Below are positions 26,501 through 41,500 of a stretch of DNA of 62,647 bases, in pieces (positions within the stretch are counted from its first letter, which is position 1; each line of letters begins with the position of its first letter). Both the position numbers and the translations under genes were made by a program. The stretch covers positions 649,264-711,910 of the forward strand of contig NMRA01000071.1 in the NCBI GenBank assembly GCA_002633005.1, in the 5' to 3' direction. A model generated the notes under the pieces. It worked only from the letters and a program-made list of their open reading frames with translations, was not told where the DNA came from and ran no database searches. The DNA is from Phoronis australis (Eukaryota > Animalia > Phoronida).

Positions 26501-29500
26501 ATACGAATTACATCGGACGTGCTTGTGGTCCCGTCGTCACGGTACCACATTGCATTGGCGATCATAGTCATAAAAAGAATAGAGACGACGCACGAGAGAC
26601 GCTGCACACGCGAGAATGTACTGGATACCGGACGTGACGCAACGCTGAAAACCAAATGCTCGTTAGACATGTCTCTACTGGCGCTTTTGGTAAAGGACGC
26701 TGCGGCCTGAATACGCTCTTTATCCGCCACTGGTACGATGCGATCAATCTTCATGTCATCGTGCGACTTTGACAACCACTTGTTGCAGATGCAGACGAAC
26801 CTGGAAAACGAATTAGATTTTTTATGTGTTAAGAAGGTGGAAATTATTTTAAACCAAAATTGCTTTCTTTTGATATTTTGGTCTTAGGATGGCTTGTATT
26901 CACTCCTATATATCCCGCTAAAATTACTGAGTGTGTGGAAGGCCGTACAGTTTACACACATCTCCAAGTTTTGAGCGATGCCATCGTCACGAATTGTCCC
27001 GATAAGATGTGTCTCCTTGATTGACGAAGCCATACCAATGAGACTACTGTAGATAGATAACCCAAGAGTAGCCAAGAGAGTTCAACAGGGCCTGCACAAG
27101 CGCGAAATTGTCGACAAGTTTAAAATGAGTGACAACCTGGGTTTACTTTGTGTTGAACCGGTCGAGGCCAAACGCAAAATTGAAATGAGTTTTTCGAAAT
27201 TGAGGAAAGTGCTTTTACAATGAATTGGGTGGAGCAGGACATGGCCCCATTGTGCACCCGAGGCTACACCATATGGCTTACGGTATGTTACGGTATACGC
27301 CACTGGCCTCAGGTGACACGTTTACTCTTTCTCTTGTGGTTAAAACCAAATGTGGAATGCCTGCAGTTGCTCGAAAATATGGCCGATGTGAAAACAATCA
27401 GCTCCTTCCACGCCTACGATGACAATGAACACCGCAGGGAAGGATCCAGGATTTTTAAAAGGGGGTTAGATCAAAGAATTTTTAAAAAGGGAATCCAAAT
27501 CAAAAATTTGAAAATTCTAGATTTTAAATCACTAAAATCAAGAGAAGGGGGGGGGAGTCTGGACTCCCTTGACCCCACTAAATCCGCCTATGCGTCGTCG
27601 CTAAACTTTGCTTTATCTAAGCTGCGCACTCGATTCAGTTGATCGACTCACCTTTTACCAGACACCACGTCAGTAACAATTATTTTGTCCAGAAACCACG
27701 ACCTTTGAATCCCACCTTGGTTGTCATGCCAGATTCGCAGGTAAACTAGCTTACCGATGCTGTTTGGGATGGAAACATAAAAGTTGTCAACTGCTCCTCT
27801 TCTGAAATTCTGCAACACAAATGAAACCCACTAATTAGTGTTGAATGCTGTTAGCCAAGAACTCGGGGAAGTCTTCAGATCACTTGCTCTACCCACTGAG
27901 CCATCTGGACGAACCACTTGCTCTACCCAGTGAACCATCTGCACGAACCACTTACTCTACCCAGTGAACCATCTGCACGAACGACTTGCTCTACCCAGTG
28001 AACCATCTTTACGAACCACTTTCTCTACCCCGTGAACCATCTGCACGAACCACTTGCTCCACCCAGTGAACCATCTGCACAAACCACATGACAAAAGTAA
28101 TACCATACCCAAGAACAAATAAATTGCGCATGCGACACGCAAACTCTTTCATACAAACAATGAACATTCGTTCTGGAAAGCACTGGATTTTCACTGGCAT
28201 ATTTACAAGTAAGCTTTATTTGCCAGGTAGAAAAAATTGCTTTCCGAACCTAGGTGCCTAGCTAGTATTCGGGTGAACCTGGATTTGGTTCCTAAGTCGG
28301 GACAAGCAAGGTTGTTCCATACTGTCAAACAAACCATTGTAATCTGGTGAATAAGTACATTCTGTGTCCAGAGTACATTCTGTGTCCAGAGTACATACAC
28401 ATCACTCGATGATGTAACAGTACATTCAAATAACTTATCGGCTGATATTCATGTACCCCAATGGTTAATATATGAATGCTAATCGTACATTCAAGAGGTT
28501 CGTCAGTAAAATTTATCGTGTCATAAGTTCATTACCCTATTTAAAAATATTAAGTAGGCCTAAGGTTGTATTTTCCAGGACGTTGTTCAAATTAGAGTCC
28601 TCCAGTAGAGAGTGTATGTACACATGTTCTTAGATAACGAATGGTGCTCATACCTTCCGCACTCCATCGTTCAAGACTCTCAGTCCTGTGTCACCAGATT
28701 CCCCACTCAAAACGAAATACACGTTCGACTTGGTCGCCGCTCGCGCCTGACTTCCAGTGAAGACGGACATCCTGAATCCGTATTGGTCATCATGGTGATT
28801 GTCCACCAGAGGATTGTACGTCCACTGTGCAGTATAAAAAATTATGTAAACATCATTGGACGATACAGCTTCAACACGATCTTGAGATAGAAACCCGTGG
28901 TCCAGTGGAGTTCTAAGATTGGAAGCCTCATTCTCCGTTGCTGTTGGTAACCAACCAAACATTGTCATACCACCTAACTTTGAAGCAACGATGTCAAAGA
29001 GAAAGCCTCGCTTTCAAAGCCCAGATCAAACATTTTGAATAAATGCAACACTCATTTCCCGGCCTATTTGGCGCGCTAAACTAACGGCATTTTGAAAAAT
29101 GATTTGACACGAGTTTATGAAGATATGTTGAATGCAGTTTACTGTCTTGTCAATGGTTTATTTTTAACAATCATATGAAACAAGGAGATACCGTCTTGTA
29201 CACTTTCAAACAGTTAAACGAATCATTTTGAATTCACAGTAAAGTCACCACTTAAATTCACTCACTCGTATTCTATCTTTCTGGTCAAACCTCCGACAGA
29301 CGAATATCATCACCAGATAGACACCAATCACCGTACAAATGCTTGCTACCACCGGGGCATTCTCCGCCAGTTTCTTGTCAATGTCTTGAAACACAGTGCT
29401 GAAGTCTATGGTGTTCGGCGGAACAAACAAGCCGACTCCGAATTTTCCGAAAAGATTGCTTTTGAACTTCACCTTTCGTGGTGTAGACGTTGGGTCAACC

Positions 29501-32500
29501 TAGAAAGAAGCGAGTCAGGTTTTGGTAACTGCCTACTTCATTGCGTGTCTGTCTAACCACTCCTTAAGCTGTTGAACGATTGCTGAAATTTAATCACGTG
29601 ACTAGCAGCAATACCTAAAGGGCATTTCCTTTGTTATGGTTTGTGGAGTCATGCTGTCAACTTGTGAACTAAAACTGCTGATGGACAAAAGAGATGCAAA
29701 TATCTCCCAGTATTCTTTAGTTTATTTTGAGATGCTTACAAATAGTTTTTAAAGACACATTTAACATCATACTTTTGACACTCCTGTGAGTGTGTCGAGA
29801 TACCAAACAATGCTTTCTCCAAGTGAGTTTGATATTTGGGAAGGACACAAGAGGGCAGTGCTTTATGTGCGTACAGTGTACACTAAGGGGTATACAGAAT
29901 TGACAACGTGGAACCGGGAGTATTAATGTATGCTCAATCGCAGAATTTCGGCTTCGCAAGAACACACCGTGTACTTCTACGAAAACTAATACCGTAGGGA
30001 AGCAAATAAGTTAATTCAATACCTGACAACTCTTCACCCAATGTTGTGCCACGTCATCCCATCTGGAACACGTGAGCTCATAGAACTGTAGATGGTAAGG
30101 CGAAAACGAGGAAACAGCATTGTCTGTGCTTTCATCTTGTCTGGCATTCACGTCCCGCCGGTCGCGCACATTGGTGACACTTGAAGACATGCTGCTTCGA
30201 GAAGTGTTGACCGTGTCCTCCTGTGTAGAAGTGGCAGGCGACGTAAACGCACCACTGTCAAAGGAAACTTGTCCAATGGCTAATGAATAATTACTCGAGC
30301 TTTCAAGTTGTGATAATGGCACTGAGAAAATATATTGCAGGTCGTCATCCACTGGTACATGTGTCAATTGTCTCGGTATCGTGATGTTAAAATCGTACTT
30401 GCTTGGGCTTGGCCTGTCTTTCTTTCTCAAGTACAAGGTGAAGATTACATTTCTGACTGGTTTGACATATATCTGCAGGACACCATTGTCGCTCTTTGGT
30501 CGGACCGTGTGGAAACATAGCGAGTGATTGCCAACTGGTTTAGGTTGCTTAATAAATGAGACGTCATTCCGCAAGGTTGGCACAATGCCAAGTTCCATTT
30601 TCCCACTTTCACCGACAAATTTCATTGGAACAGCGTCGCCACCGAACATCTTGATTGACGTCACAGGTGACGTAGGTTGGTTACCATCCACCGCGTAGGA
30701 GAACGGATTGACACGAAAACTTTCCATCTGAAAGAATCACCAAAAGAAATAGATTGTAAGTTAATATTTTTTTACACTTTCAAGATGACAAAATTCAGAT
30801 GGTATTCTAGACATTTACTGGTTCAACAAACTTTGCGGCAGTCACTGCTATTGCACTGCTGACCCTAAGCACTAGATGTCTACCAGCATAACAGACTTTA
30901 AGATTTGTAATTGATATTCGTACCATACTTGATGCACATGCGCAACTGTGAGGTCGAATTTAGTTACCACTGCCTGAAGCTCCACGTGACTGTCGTTTCC
31001 ACCTAACGATACATGTAGTTCAGCGAGGTTATCATTAAGCGGCATGCTATTCTCTTTGGTCATCGAGACTTTCTTCAATGTCAAGGGGTCTGTATCTTCA
31101 CCTAACCGAAATGGTGGCGCTCCAGCGGGCATTTGAGAAAGTTTCGATAGGGATAGCGCCAATTGGGCTCGCTCAAACGACCTCCAAACTGCCGCAGCCT
31201 GTGGAAGGGAGTATGCCGCTAAGAATGAGACAGAAACCACGAGGTACAAGAAAAATTATGTGTGTTCGTTTTGAAGCTCGTAAATTCAAAAAAAAAAAAC
31301 TCCATTAGCGTTGCAATGCTACAAAAATTAAAACGAAATTGGAATTAGTTGAAATAGGATACAGCTGATGTAATGTCAGAAGAATATGGAAGACTTTTTA
31401 ACAATGTCGTATAGAAACGTTTGGTACTGTTAAAGACCGATTGATTGACGATATCAAGATGTTAAACTCAAGTAATAGATCTGGGAGGCGACTTGTAATC
31501 ACCTATGGAGGACGAACCTTTTAATAATCATGTTCACGTAAATATTTACAAACAAAAGTTTCTATTAGAACTTTAATCACGGTCAGTGCTGATACACAGA
31601 ATCACCAGGGACACCACTAAAGATACTAAAAATCTTAACAGAGTACTACTCAGAAGGAAAAGAGAGATCACTATATGACGGGATTGCGTCGTTGCCAGAG
31701 CTGCAGTCTGTTAGATGTGATATTGTTATTTAGTGAAAGTAATGAATTAAGATTCGAGAATATGCCGGATCTCTTTGATGTGACAAAAAAAACAAACAAT
31801 TCTCTAGGATTCCAAAGATGCAGTCAGAATACCAAGGAGTTTTCTTATACAGCTACGGTCATTTCCACTTTAGAAAATGCTTCTACCATACGTGACTCAT
31901 ATTCGAATAAAAGTATTGCAACTGTTGAGCAAGGACAGAGCTCGCTGGTTCCCTGCGTGTCTCTTGGTAGCCAGCACGCAGGTAGCAGGCAGTAGCACGC
32001 GCGTTATCAACGGTTGATGTAACCTCGGCAGTCATGATTAGTGAGAAAATGACTTCGCGGCCCCTGACAAGTAAGTAGATTTTCAGTTTCATGGATAAAT
32101 CACATAAATAATTAGGTGCACATTATTTCTTTGGCTCACTATCATACTCTTTACGTGACTGGAGATTTAGTTTCCAACTTAAGCTGGTATATGTTCGTGA
32201 TGTCCAGTCCCGGTGGCTGCGACGAGCCTGATCGGGTTCCGAGCCACTGGCGGGGAGTAACAAGCGTTTTGTGTGTTTAGAACTACAAAATAGCAAGTCT
32301 AAAAGTACAACACACGGCTATGTTCCCCCGTCTGTATTTCACGGAAGAATTACTCGAAATTATCACCAAACAGACCCAAACTACCGCGATGGATCATGGT
32401 AAATTGACCTACTGAACTATGTAGGGTACGGTACGTTCAGATACCTATAAATCCCTAACAATGAAATAAAACAACCAGTTTGTTCAAGAACTTGATGTAT

Positions 32501-35500
32501 TTGCAAGTTTACAACGAATTTTGATGATTTATTGGTGTAAATCGATGAATTTAAGCGATAAGTTGACGCCAGTAAGCGTGTTGTGAAAGGCTGAACAGAC
32601 TGCGTTCGAACCGATGACGACATTGGTTAAGTTCAGTACCTCTGTCTGCCGTTAAGTGTCAGTTAAAGCAACTGAGCTTGCTGTTTTCGAGTGGAACTAC
32701 TCGATCTAAAGTGATACAAAATAGGTTGCTTTTGGGTGGCGTTATACTTTAAACAGAAGTAACAAATATTACGGGAAATGTGAAATTTGATGGTCGAAAA
32801 GGGCGTGCCACGAAGTACATGCCAACATTGCAGAGTATTCATACATTTTCAACCGTAACCGCTTTTTCAATAAAACTACTTCTATCTGAAACGTCCTACG
32901 AAAAGTTAGAATTAAAAAGAAGGCGCCGTTAAGTCTAATGTCCGTGTTATGTGACTGCTCAATAAATAAATAAATAAATAAATACATTTACTTGCTCTTA
33001 ATTACCTGGTCTGCCTGTCTTGACAGCTTTTGAGTGGCAGCTGATGATTTGCCGATAACCAATCCTACCATGATGTCTCGTAATCCTGAATATTTAGTAA
33101 CATAAACAAGACTACAAATAAAGTGCATTTATGGCCATCAAACTATCAAACTTTGCTTTCACTTTAACAGAAGGATCTGTTCACGGAAACCATTCATTAA
33201 TGGAGCAAATTTAACTTTTCATGACAGTATCACGTGTCAAATCTATTGTACTCAGCTAGGCACGTTTTGCATTCTAAGTACCCATCTTTAAATGGACATT
33301 TACTCACCAGCAAAAGCCAAGTCAAATTCAGCCTCTGACGTTGCGTTGAGATCAACTATGTCATCAGCCATGCGGGCAAGTGTCTGTGAGGCTAATACCT
33401 GAAACAGATATTAGATCTAGTTGGAGTTTTCTGATATTTGCAGATCTGAAGTTCAGAGGGTTTTAAAGACCTTCTCAATAAATGATTTTTGTGACAAAAT
33501 ACAAATCTTGTCATTATTTATTGTCAAGAACCACTGGTGGATTTAGAATGTTGCAGGTCTGGCTATAATTCCCAAATGGTGACACAAATCCTACACTTCC
33601 GGCGTTTCTTATTCGCATTAGGATGGGGCCCACAAGCAACCAATATCGATAAAATCGTAGAAATGTCGCAGAGTTTTATGTACGGTATGTGGAGGACATC
33701 TATAATCAAAACAATCGCCAGAATGTTGTCGCAAGAACTTGTCATCCACATTGTCAAACTATCAACATTATAACAACAAGGTCGCTGGAACCAGTCCTTT
33801 CGATTTGTGAAACGACGATTTATTGAAAAAGTGTAATGTTGTGGCGAACTGCGATGTAGTGTAGAGATAGAGAGAAGTGTTTCTATTATTTACGGAGTGA
33901 AGGCGTTTTACCTGCCACAAGCAAAACAAAAATGTTGATTTTTGATCTTGCACTAGAGTAGGCGCACCAACTGGACTCCCAACAATCGGAACCCATTGTG
34001 CATTGTAGTATATGTTTATTTAAGGCTCGTTTGGCACGACAGACTGATCCTTCACTCATACGCTGTAAATGTTCAAGATTGTCGTTTGCATTGGACGATT
34101 TACTCGGACATGCGTAATGGCGTCCACACCAGAAATTCCTGGTGGCATGGGTTGACATTTGCAGCACCAATGTCACTAAATATGGTTTTTGCGAAGATAG
34201 GTACCAGTATCGTCAGACTGACACTAACAGAGATAAATGAACCAGTTTTCGTCAGAACCTTGCTCTGCATTCATGAACATTCATAGACGTGCTTTCATAC
34301 CAGGCAACTCACTTTAGCTTTTCAATAATTTCAGATTTCAGTGGTACTTCCGGCGACGATACTTATCAACACCTAGAATTTTTACTTCATTTACCCCGTG
34401 AAGGACTAAAACAGTTTTACTTTGTTTAATAAATTAGATCATTACCTGTGGCTGGGGTCGAGGACCCGCGCCGTGCTTTAGCAGGGAACCCAGAGCTGAG
34501 GCTGACTGCATGACCTCAGCCGTTGTAGACCGCGAAGTGTAGGAACTATCGAAGGCACTTATGAGCCGTCCAATTGTCCCCTGAATTTCATCTCCGCCGT
34601 CGTCTCCCTTCAATGCAGTACAAATAGATTGACACTTGACACACAAGTGAAGGAAGGCTAATTAAGTGGGGTGTGGCGATCTGCCCTGTCACAATTCAAA
34701 GGAGGCAGACTTACAATGCATGTGCTGGAGATCTCAGGAAATTGTAACAATCGCTCAGGTGTCTCATTAAAATACAATATGCCTTACTGACTTGGTCCAC
34801 TGAAAGGCAAATGCCCACCTACTATAGAATGTAGGCCTACAGTCAATTAGTACTTGTCGATTTCAAGGCAGACGGGCTCTATCTCTACACTTGCAGCAAA
34901 AATTCTCGCTGGCTGCATATTCATTTTTTTATGACTCTTTTCAATAAGGTATATTTACGAAGCACTATTTCACTTGTATTCTATAGACTTCACACTGAGG
35001 AAAGTGAAGGAGTAGTAGCAGCTAATTTGAAATGGCAAATGATTGTCTGGTTAACATAGATGATGACTTCAGAATCATAATGCAAAATGTTGTATGACAG
35101 GACTCACCAGGATACTGAGGAGTGAAAAGACGGCCTGACATGCTTGCTGAGGGTCAGATAACAGGAGGCGCTCGATGTCGCTTACAGTTCTGGCAACCAA
35201 GATTGACTTGCTACGAGCATTTAATACCGGGGGTGCAACCTTAAATATGAATGATTTAGATGGTACTGGCACAACAATGCAACAATATACACGTCACAAT
35301 AACAAATGTAGTTTTAGTTGGAATTTCTATGTTTATACACTCAGTGTGCAAATGGCTGAATTCCATGTCTTGTTGATCATCGGCCCGACAACAGGAAAAT
35401 CGCGCCATTGGTGAGTATCAGTAAGACAGTAAGAACTGTCGAAGTTCTTCACCCTTGAATAACACATGTCTTGGATACAGAAGTGTCCAAGTTCTTCACC

Positions 35501-38500
35501 CTTGAATAACACATATCTTGGATACAGAACGCGTATTCAACCTAAATATCGATGTAACGAACAAGGACTATTTCTGGAATGTGGGAACTTTGAATAATCC
35601 AAAAAATCTGGGTATGAAAAGAAGCAAAATTCCGTTCATGTGAAAACGTTTGTTGCAAAGCATTGTCATAAGCATGTTTTGGATAAAAGTGACACCGACA
35701 TTGGATAACGCTTACTGAGAGCAAGGTACACGTACACCCAAATGAGGCCACATCTTACCCTAACATGCACCAAGACCTCAGAAGTAGCACCAAACTCGTC
35801 AATCACAACTACTAAAACCACCACTGTGTAGTTATTTTCTTTGTTTCCTGTAGGCAGAAGTAACGAGTTGAACACAGGCGACTTCCCTTCCCGCAATAAC
35901 TGCCTGGTGTCATTTTTGTTGCGTCGACTGTACACTTGGTAGTGCAGCGCTTTGCTACACCCGTAGTCATCCTGGTGAATCTTAGAACCTTCGTCTTTCC
36001 AACCTTCGCATTCAACCGTGAATGCAGTCGTTAGAGCAAAACCTTGCAAAACAAGAAGCAAATTGTGCCTTTTATAATTCTTGTTGTAGTAAAAGTAAAT
36101 AAGAGTGTTACTTGAGTCAAAACTCTCTATAAAGTTTGTTATGCTTAGGCGCTCACTCAATGGCGCTGTTGCGCGTGAGTTATTTTATCATACACATACC
36201 TGTTTTTTTTCACGAGCTGCAGTTGTACAGCAATCTATTTTTGCAAGTACAAACATATCTTTTTCCGGGGACCACAGTTTTCTTGCTGGGTGACAAGAGT
36301 CATGACTGAGAATAACCTTGGCGCACAGTAAGCTCAATACAACTGAGGTACGATTCATACACCAAGTTTCTAGCGAGATCCCATAAAATCACTAATGTAA
36401 GGCTCGAAATCTTACTACTTAAGTGATGACCATTGAAGTGAAGGATCGGCGATGCTGTGACGTTGAATATCAGGCTCATAACCACTGTATCCGTTCCATA
36501 AGCCAAGATTTTTCGCGAGTTTCTTGCGTAATGGAACATAATCTTAGACGTAACAATTGCTCATAAGTAAAATGCATTCCAGTCAATCCTGTTCGGGACA
36601 AATTGAGCTATCTCTCAGTTTCCCTTGACAACCAGTTTGCCAAAGCCTCGACAAGACCGTTTAGGTCCATTCACTTCATCATTATGGCAACTAAACACAA
36701 GAGGAGGTCACTCGAATGATCTATCGAGACTCGTTTGAAGAGGGAAATGTAATTTGTCCGATTACATTTGAAGCAAACTGAAGTTCTCTATACATGGGCG
36801 TTCAATTCGAAAATATCAAGTGGAGAATTATAATTTGTCTTACCTTGTTGCGGTGTAACAGCACACTTTCCACCAATAGGTGGCAGGTTAGACACGAAGT
36901 TGTATTCAGTTCGTCCTGTGTCATTGCCGACTTGGCTATGCACCAATACCTTGTAAAGGTTCCCACCGACAATGGTTTTAGATCCAATAAACAGCAAATT
37001 ACCTGCAATGACAGGATGACGCCATGTATGACTTGCGGTGAAACCCCAGACAAAAGGCCCAGAGTGTACGAAATACAGATGTAGAGTAGGCCTACAGTGC
37101 AGTCACAATGTTATTGGTAGTTGTACTGTAGTTTGGTCCCGTATTAGTAGCTGCTGCGAAGGTAATCTCATCCGATAACATATACTAAAACTACAATCAA
37201 CATCACCACTTTTATTAGGCCGGCCACCACCACAAAAAGACTATTTCTACACCTTCACCACCATAACACCTACACAACATCAAAACTATTCTTATACCTT
37301 CACCGTTATCACACCCCCACAACATCAGTACTACCACAATCAACACCACCAAGCTACCAAACCATCGCCACATCCAAACTATGAAAGCACCACCCATTCG
37401 ACGCCCACCACACCTCACTGCCACCACACCACTAAAACCACTTCTCACCCAACCATCACCACCGCCACACTGCCAAATCCAGCACTTCTACACAACCCAC
37501 GCATTATCAATATATCCACCACAGGTCCACCAGAGGATCACCACCATCGACACCATAACTGTGCCACTAGCTCCAACGTCATCACCAAACAATGATTACC
37601 ACATCGCCATCGCCAACACCACATCCCCATCACCACCACCACCAACAAACCACAATACCAACACCACCGTCACACCATTAGCACACCAGCGACGCCACCA
37701 TAATGCACTGCCTTCTCCAGTTTAGCTTGTTCCAATAATAGAACAGTACCTTTAGCCGTGATGTTGTCGCTTATCACTTGAGACAAAGAACCATTATTTC
37801 GATCTACCAGAACCACTCTCCAGTTCCACGTCATATGCGGTGAACATCGGTCTCCGCAGCGTCCCTGAAGCACCAGCCGCAATCGTGGATTCATCTTCTT
37901 TTGACAATTCTCGATACATCTGCAAGACGGAGGTTAATGAAAATAACGAAAAAAAAAACTTTTAGTTTCTAACTCTAAGCTCACTGATATACTGAAAATT
38001 TCGTGCTATGAGTTTTGATATGGAATACTACGCACTCCTTTACTATGATTTAATTAAATAATAAGATTCACGTTCATTCCGGACACGGCGATCAAACGGG
38101 AATGGCTTGTGTAGTTGAGCCATTGTTCATGAAACAATTAATGTCAGAGAGGCGTTTACTAAGAGTACTTGTATCTTATCTATTTTATTTAACGACTGAC
38201 CACTGGGAATTGTTTTGTTGTGCTTATTGAATGCTTGGCTGTAATTAAAGGAAGGCGGAGACCGTAATGGAAATGTTAATAACTGAAATACTTACATTAT
38301 GTAAACATAAGGCGGAACACCAGGTAGAACCTCAACACGCTGCCGGTAGGTGGCCTTTCGAACGTCTTTTCGGACGGAGACGGTAAACTCGTAAGTAACA
38401 CCCTCTTCAAGCGAGAATGGTTTAAAAGTGACCAGTCCTCCCTTCAGCTGACTTATCACATGCTCAGAACACGTCGTTGAAAAGTTGGCTACCGATAGCA

Positions 38501-41500
38501 TGTTGATCCATTCAGACGCGAGTTTACGACAGTCCCAAGAAAAGCTAATGCCTCTTTTGTCGTCAATTCTAACGTCGGGATCAGAAGAACGATCAATGGC
38601 GTTGAGACTAAGGGGTTGAGACCTAGCTGCACTCACAAACGGACCGCCTATAATTTCAGCTACGATATAGGAGCTGGTTATTTGTATGTACATAGATGCA
38701 TTGCCAGCGACACCAAACGGTTCAACTACAACTTTGACGTTAACGCGGTAAAGACCCACGTCTAAACTGAGTCCCGGTATATTTATGTGGTTCACGTCTA
38801 GATCGTCATTGGTCATCTCTTCAGGGAACGGCAAAGAAACAAACCAAGTTAAGTTGTTGTAGACATCGATGGTCCACACGTAGCTCAGTGCTGTACTTTT
38901 GCGACAGGTGGCGTGGTTTTTAACGTCAACCATAAGTTGCGTGCACCCTGAGCGCACGCTCTGGTGGGGATCTGTCATCGAGTTGTGTTTCATTAATCTA
39001 AATTGAACGTCTGGTTTCAGGCATCTAACGTCAACATTGACTCGTAATTCTTGTTGATAACTTGATACCAAATTCGAACAATTTGCGCGTACACGTTTAA
39101 TTCCACCATTGCTGTAGACGTGTGAATAATTATATAATAATCCGGTTGCAAATGACAGTTTTGAATATTCGAGGTCACTATCATCCCCATATTCTAATTC
39201 GCAGGAAACGTTAGATGGGAAATCATGGACGCTATCCATGCCCAGTGTAAACTGCACCACGTCACCTTCTTTTATTCGGCCCTTAGTGTGTAACATCAAA
39301 GAAAAACGACGAATAGGAATCAATACGAAGACGTTAACAACACTCGAAACTGCGTTCTTTGCCTCTACGAAAGGCTGGAATTGCCCAGGTGTGCTGTACG
39401 CGTGCGTAATGTGAAACATATGAGTACCAGATGGCGCCTCGAGCAGTCTGTAACATTCCACTTTACTACCATCACCAAAATGTAGCATACAGTATGAAGG
39501 CGTGGCCGTACCTAGTGTGACAGTTAAGGAGACTGATTCATTGGTTCGGACAATGCTTGGCCTAACTGTTAGCGTTACGTCTAACATTCTCATTGATGTA
39601 ACTGTTATGGCTTCGCCATGCCAGTCGCTTACACGGTTGGAACAATTTACATCAACAGTAAAATTCCCATTTCGGGGTGGTTCTAGAGTCATTATTTGGC
39701 CCAATCTGCTTTTCTTGATACGGTTATCTACTCGCCAATCACATGTGACCTCTGTGGGGTCAATTGAGTCGTTTGTCCAAGCGGTACATTTGAAGCGTCC
39801 ATCCGGGAACAGCACAGTGTCACTGCAATTACCATGTAATGACTTGATGGGATTCTGAATTGTGACTCCGTGTACCACTTTAATGACATTTGATATCAAG
39901 TTTGAAGCTTTCACGGAAATGTTAAACACTCCGTGAGATGAATACATATGACTGTCTCTGTAAACGTTGAATTCCAGATTGGCCGATAGATTTTGTTCAA
40001 CAAAGCCATCAGCATAGTCAATGGTAAGATCTGTAAAGGTCCCCGCATATGATCTGACGATGACCTCAATCGCTTCTCCGGTTGCTGCTACGACGGGTGA
40101 AACAGTCAAAACTAATCCATTGATCATTTCCACGACTTGCACAGTATTTGTCATCACCTCCAAAGAGCTGATCAAGTTAGAGCACAAGACCTTGACCTTG
40201 ATTTTTCCGACGTCAGACTTTTTCAGAGCAAAATGTTTTTGCACGGCTAGACCGACTGTCATCCATGGTGACATAAACTGTAAGACAGGGGCACGTAATG
40301 GGAAATGCCATTCACAGAAAGCGTCAGAGATAGCTGTCTGTCCTGTGTTCTGAACGGCACACATAACGAGGCCACCGGGAAAAGTAGCAACAGGTGAGCA
40401 GGCTACACTGAGGACATCTATCGGATTCTGAATAACAACATCTACGGTAGCTTTTTCCGACACAGACAAAAGGTTCACGATATAGACTTGTATCTTATAG
40501 CGACCAGGTTTCGTGTAAACATGTCTGTCCATAGACATAGTTCCGTTCGCCGAGTATCGTTGAAATGCGTTAGTGTTATTAACACCGTCTCCAAAGTCTA
40601 TTACATAACTGACGTTTTCACTTCTTCCAATCAAATTGATGGTTACATTCACAGTGCTATTAGTTCTTGCATACATTGGGGATGCGTCGGCATACAATGC
40701 ACTCAGTTTTTCCACTACCCGTGCAGTTGTGCTCCGGGTTATCTGACTGACAAGGTTCCAACATCGCACCGAGATGAACACGCGACCAATATTTTCCATA
40801 CTCACGGCGAATCTCTGCCTGTGTTGATTGCCTTTGGCTAGCGTGCCCACGTAGTGCCTACGTATTGCTTTATCACCATATGTCCAATCACAAAACACAT
40901 CTGATGGTGGTTTGTATTGGTCACTCCAAGTGGCGCACTCCACGCCTCCTCCGGGATAAGATACGGTTGTGTCGCAATGTAGATAAAGTGTGAGAATGCG
41001 TTGTTGGATGACAATACCAGGTACCACAATCGTTTTGCCGGATGTTCCATCGGCAAACACGGAAATGTTGTACGTCCCAGGTTTCGTGTATACGTGTTGT
41101 CTGTATATCCCGTCAGGGGGCATAATGTCTGGTGGACCCCACACGTTAACAACAGTCCCGTCGTTATAATCGATAGCCAAAGTAGCATTCTGGATAAGTG
41201 GCATTGTGACAGTGACATTTATGGGACTGCTTGTGTCAGACAATAAAGGAGATACGGAAACTTCAAGCCAAAGTATCTCTGCAACAATGGCGATATCGAA
41301 AGAGAATATTTCTGACCTGCTGACTAGGTTAGAACAGTTGGCAAGCAATTTCAATTCACCAATATCTTGTCGACTCACCGTAAACGTTTGCCGGTAGATT
41401 TTGCCGACGTCCAAGTGGAACCCCATGTACTTGGTAACCGGACGTCTCTGGCCATATCGCCATTCACAAAACACATCCGTAGGTTTTGAGGAGCCACTAT

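Noticed and set aside
27880-28087. CRISPR-like appearance of the 23-38-bp repeat arrays (also 17.7, 48.3 and 59.1 kb)
   Set aside because: Head-to-tail tandem units without unique spacers, no cas genes, eukaryotic context.
37215-37725. Pro/Thr-rich mucin-like ORFs
   Set aside because: Low-complexity intronic tract; the Pro/Thr frame is antisense to the host gene and exons 11-12 splice in phase across it.
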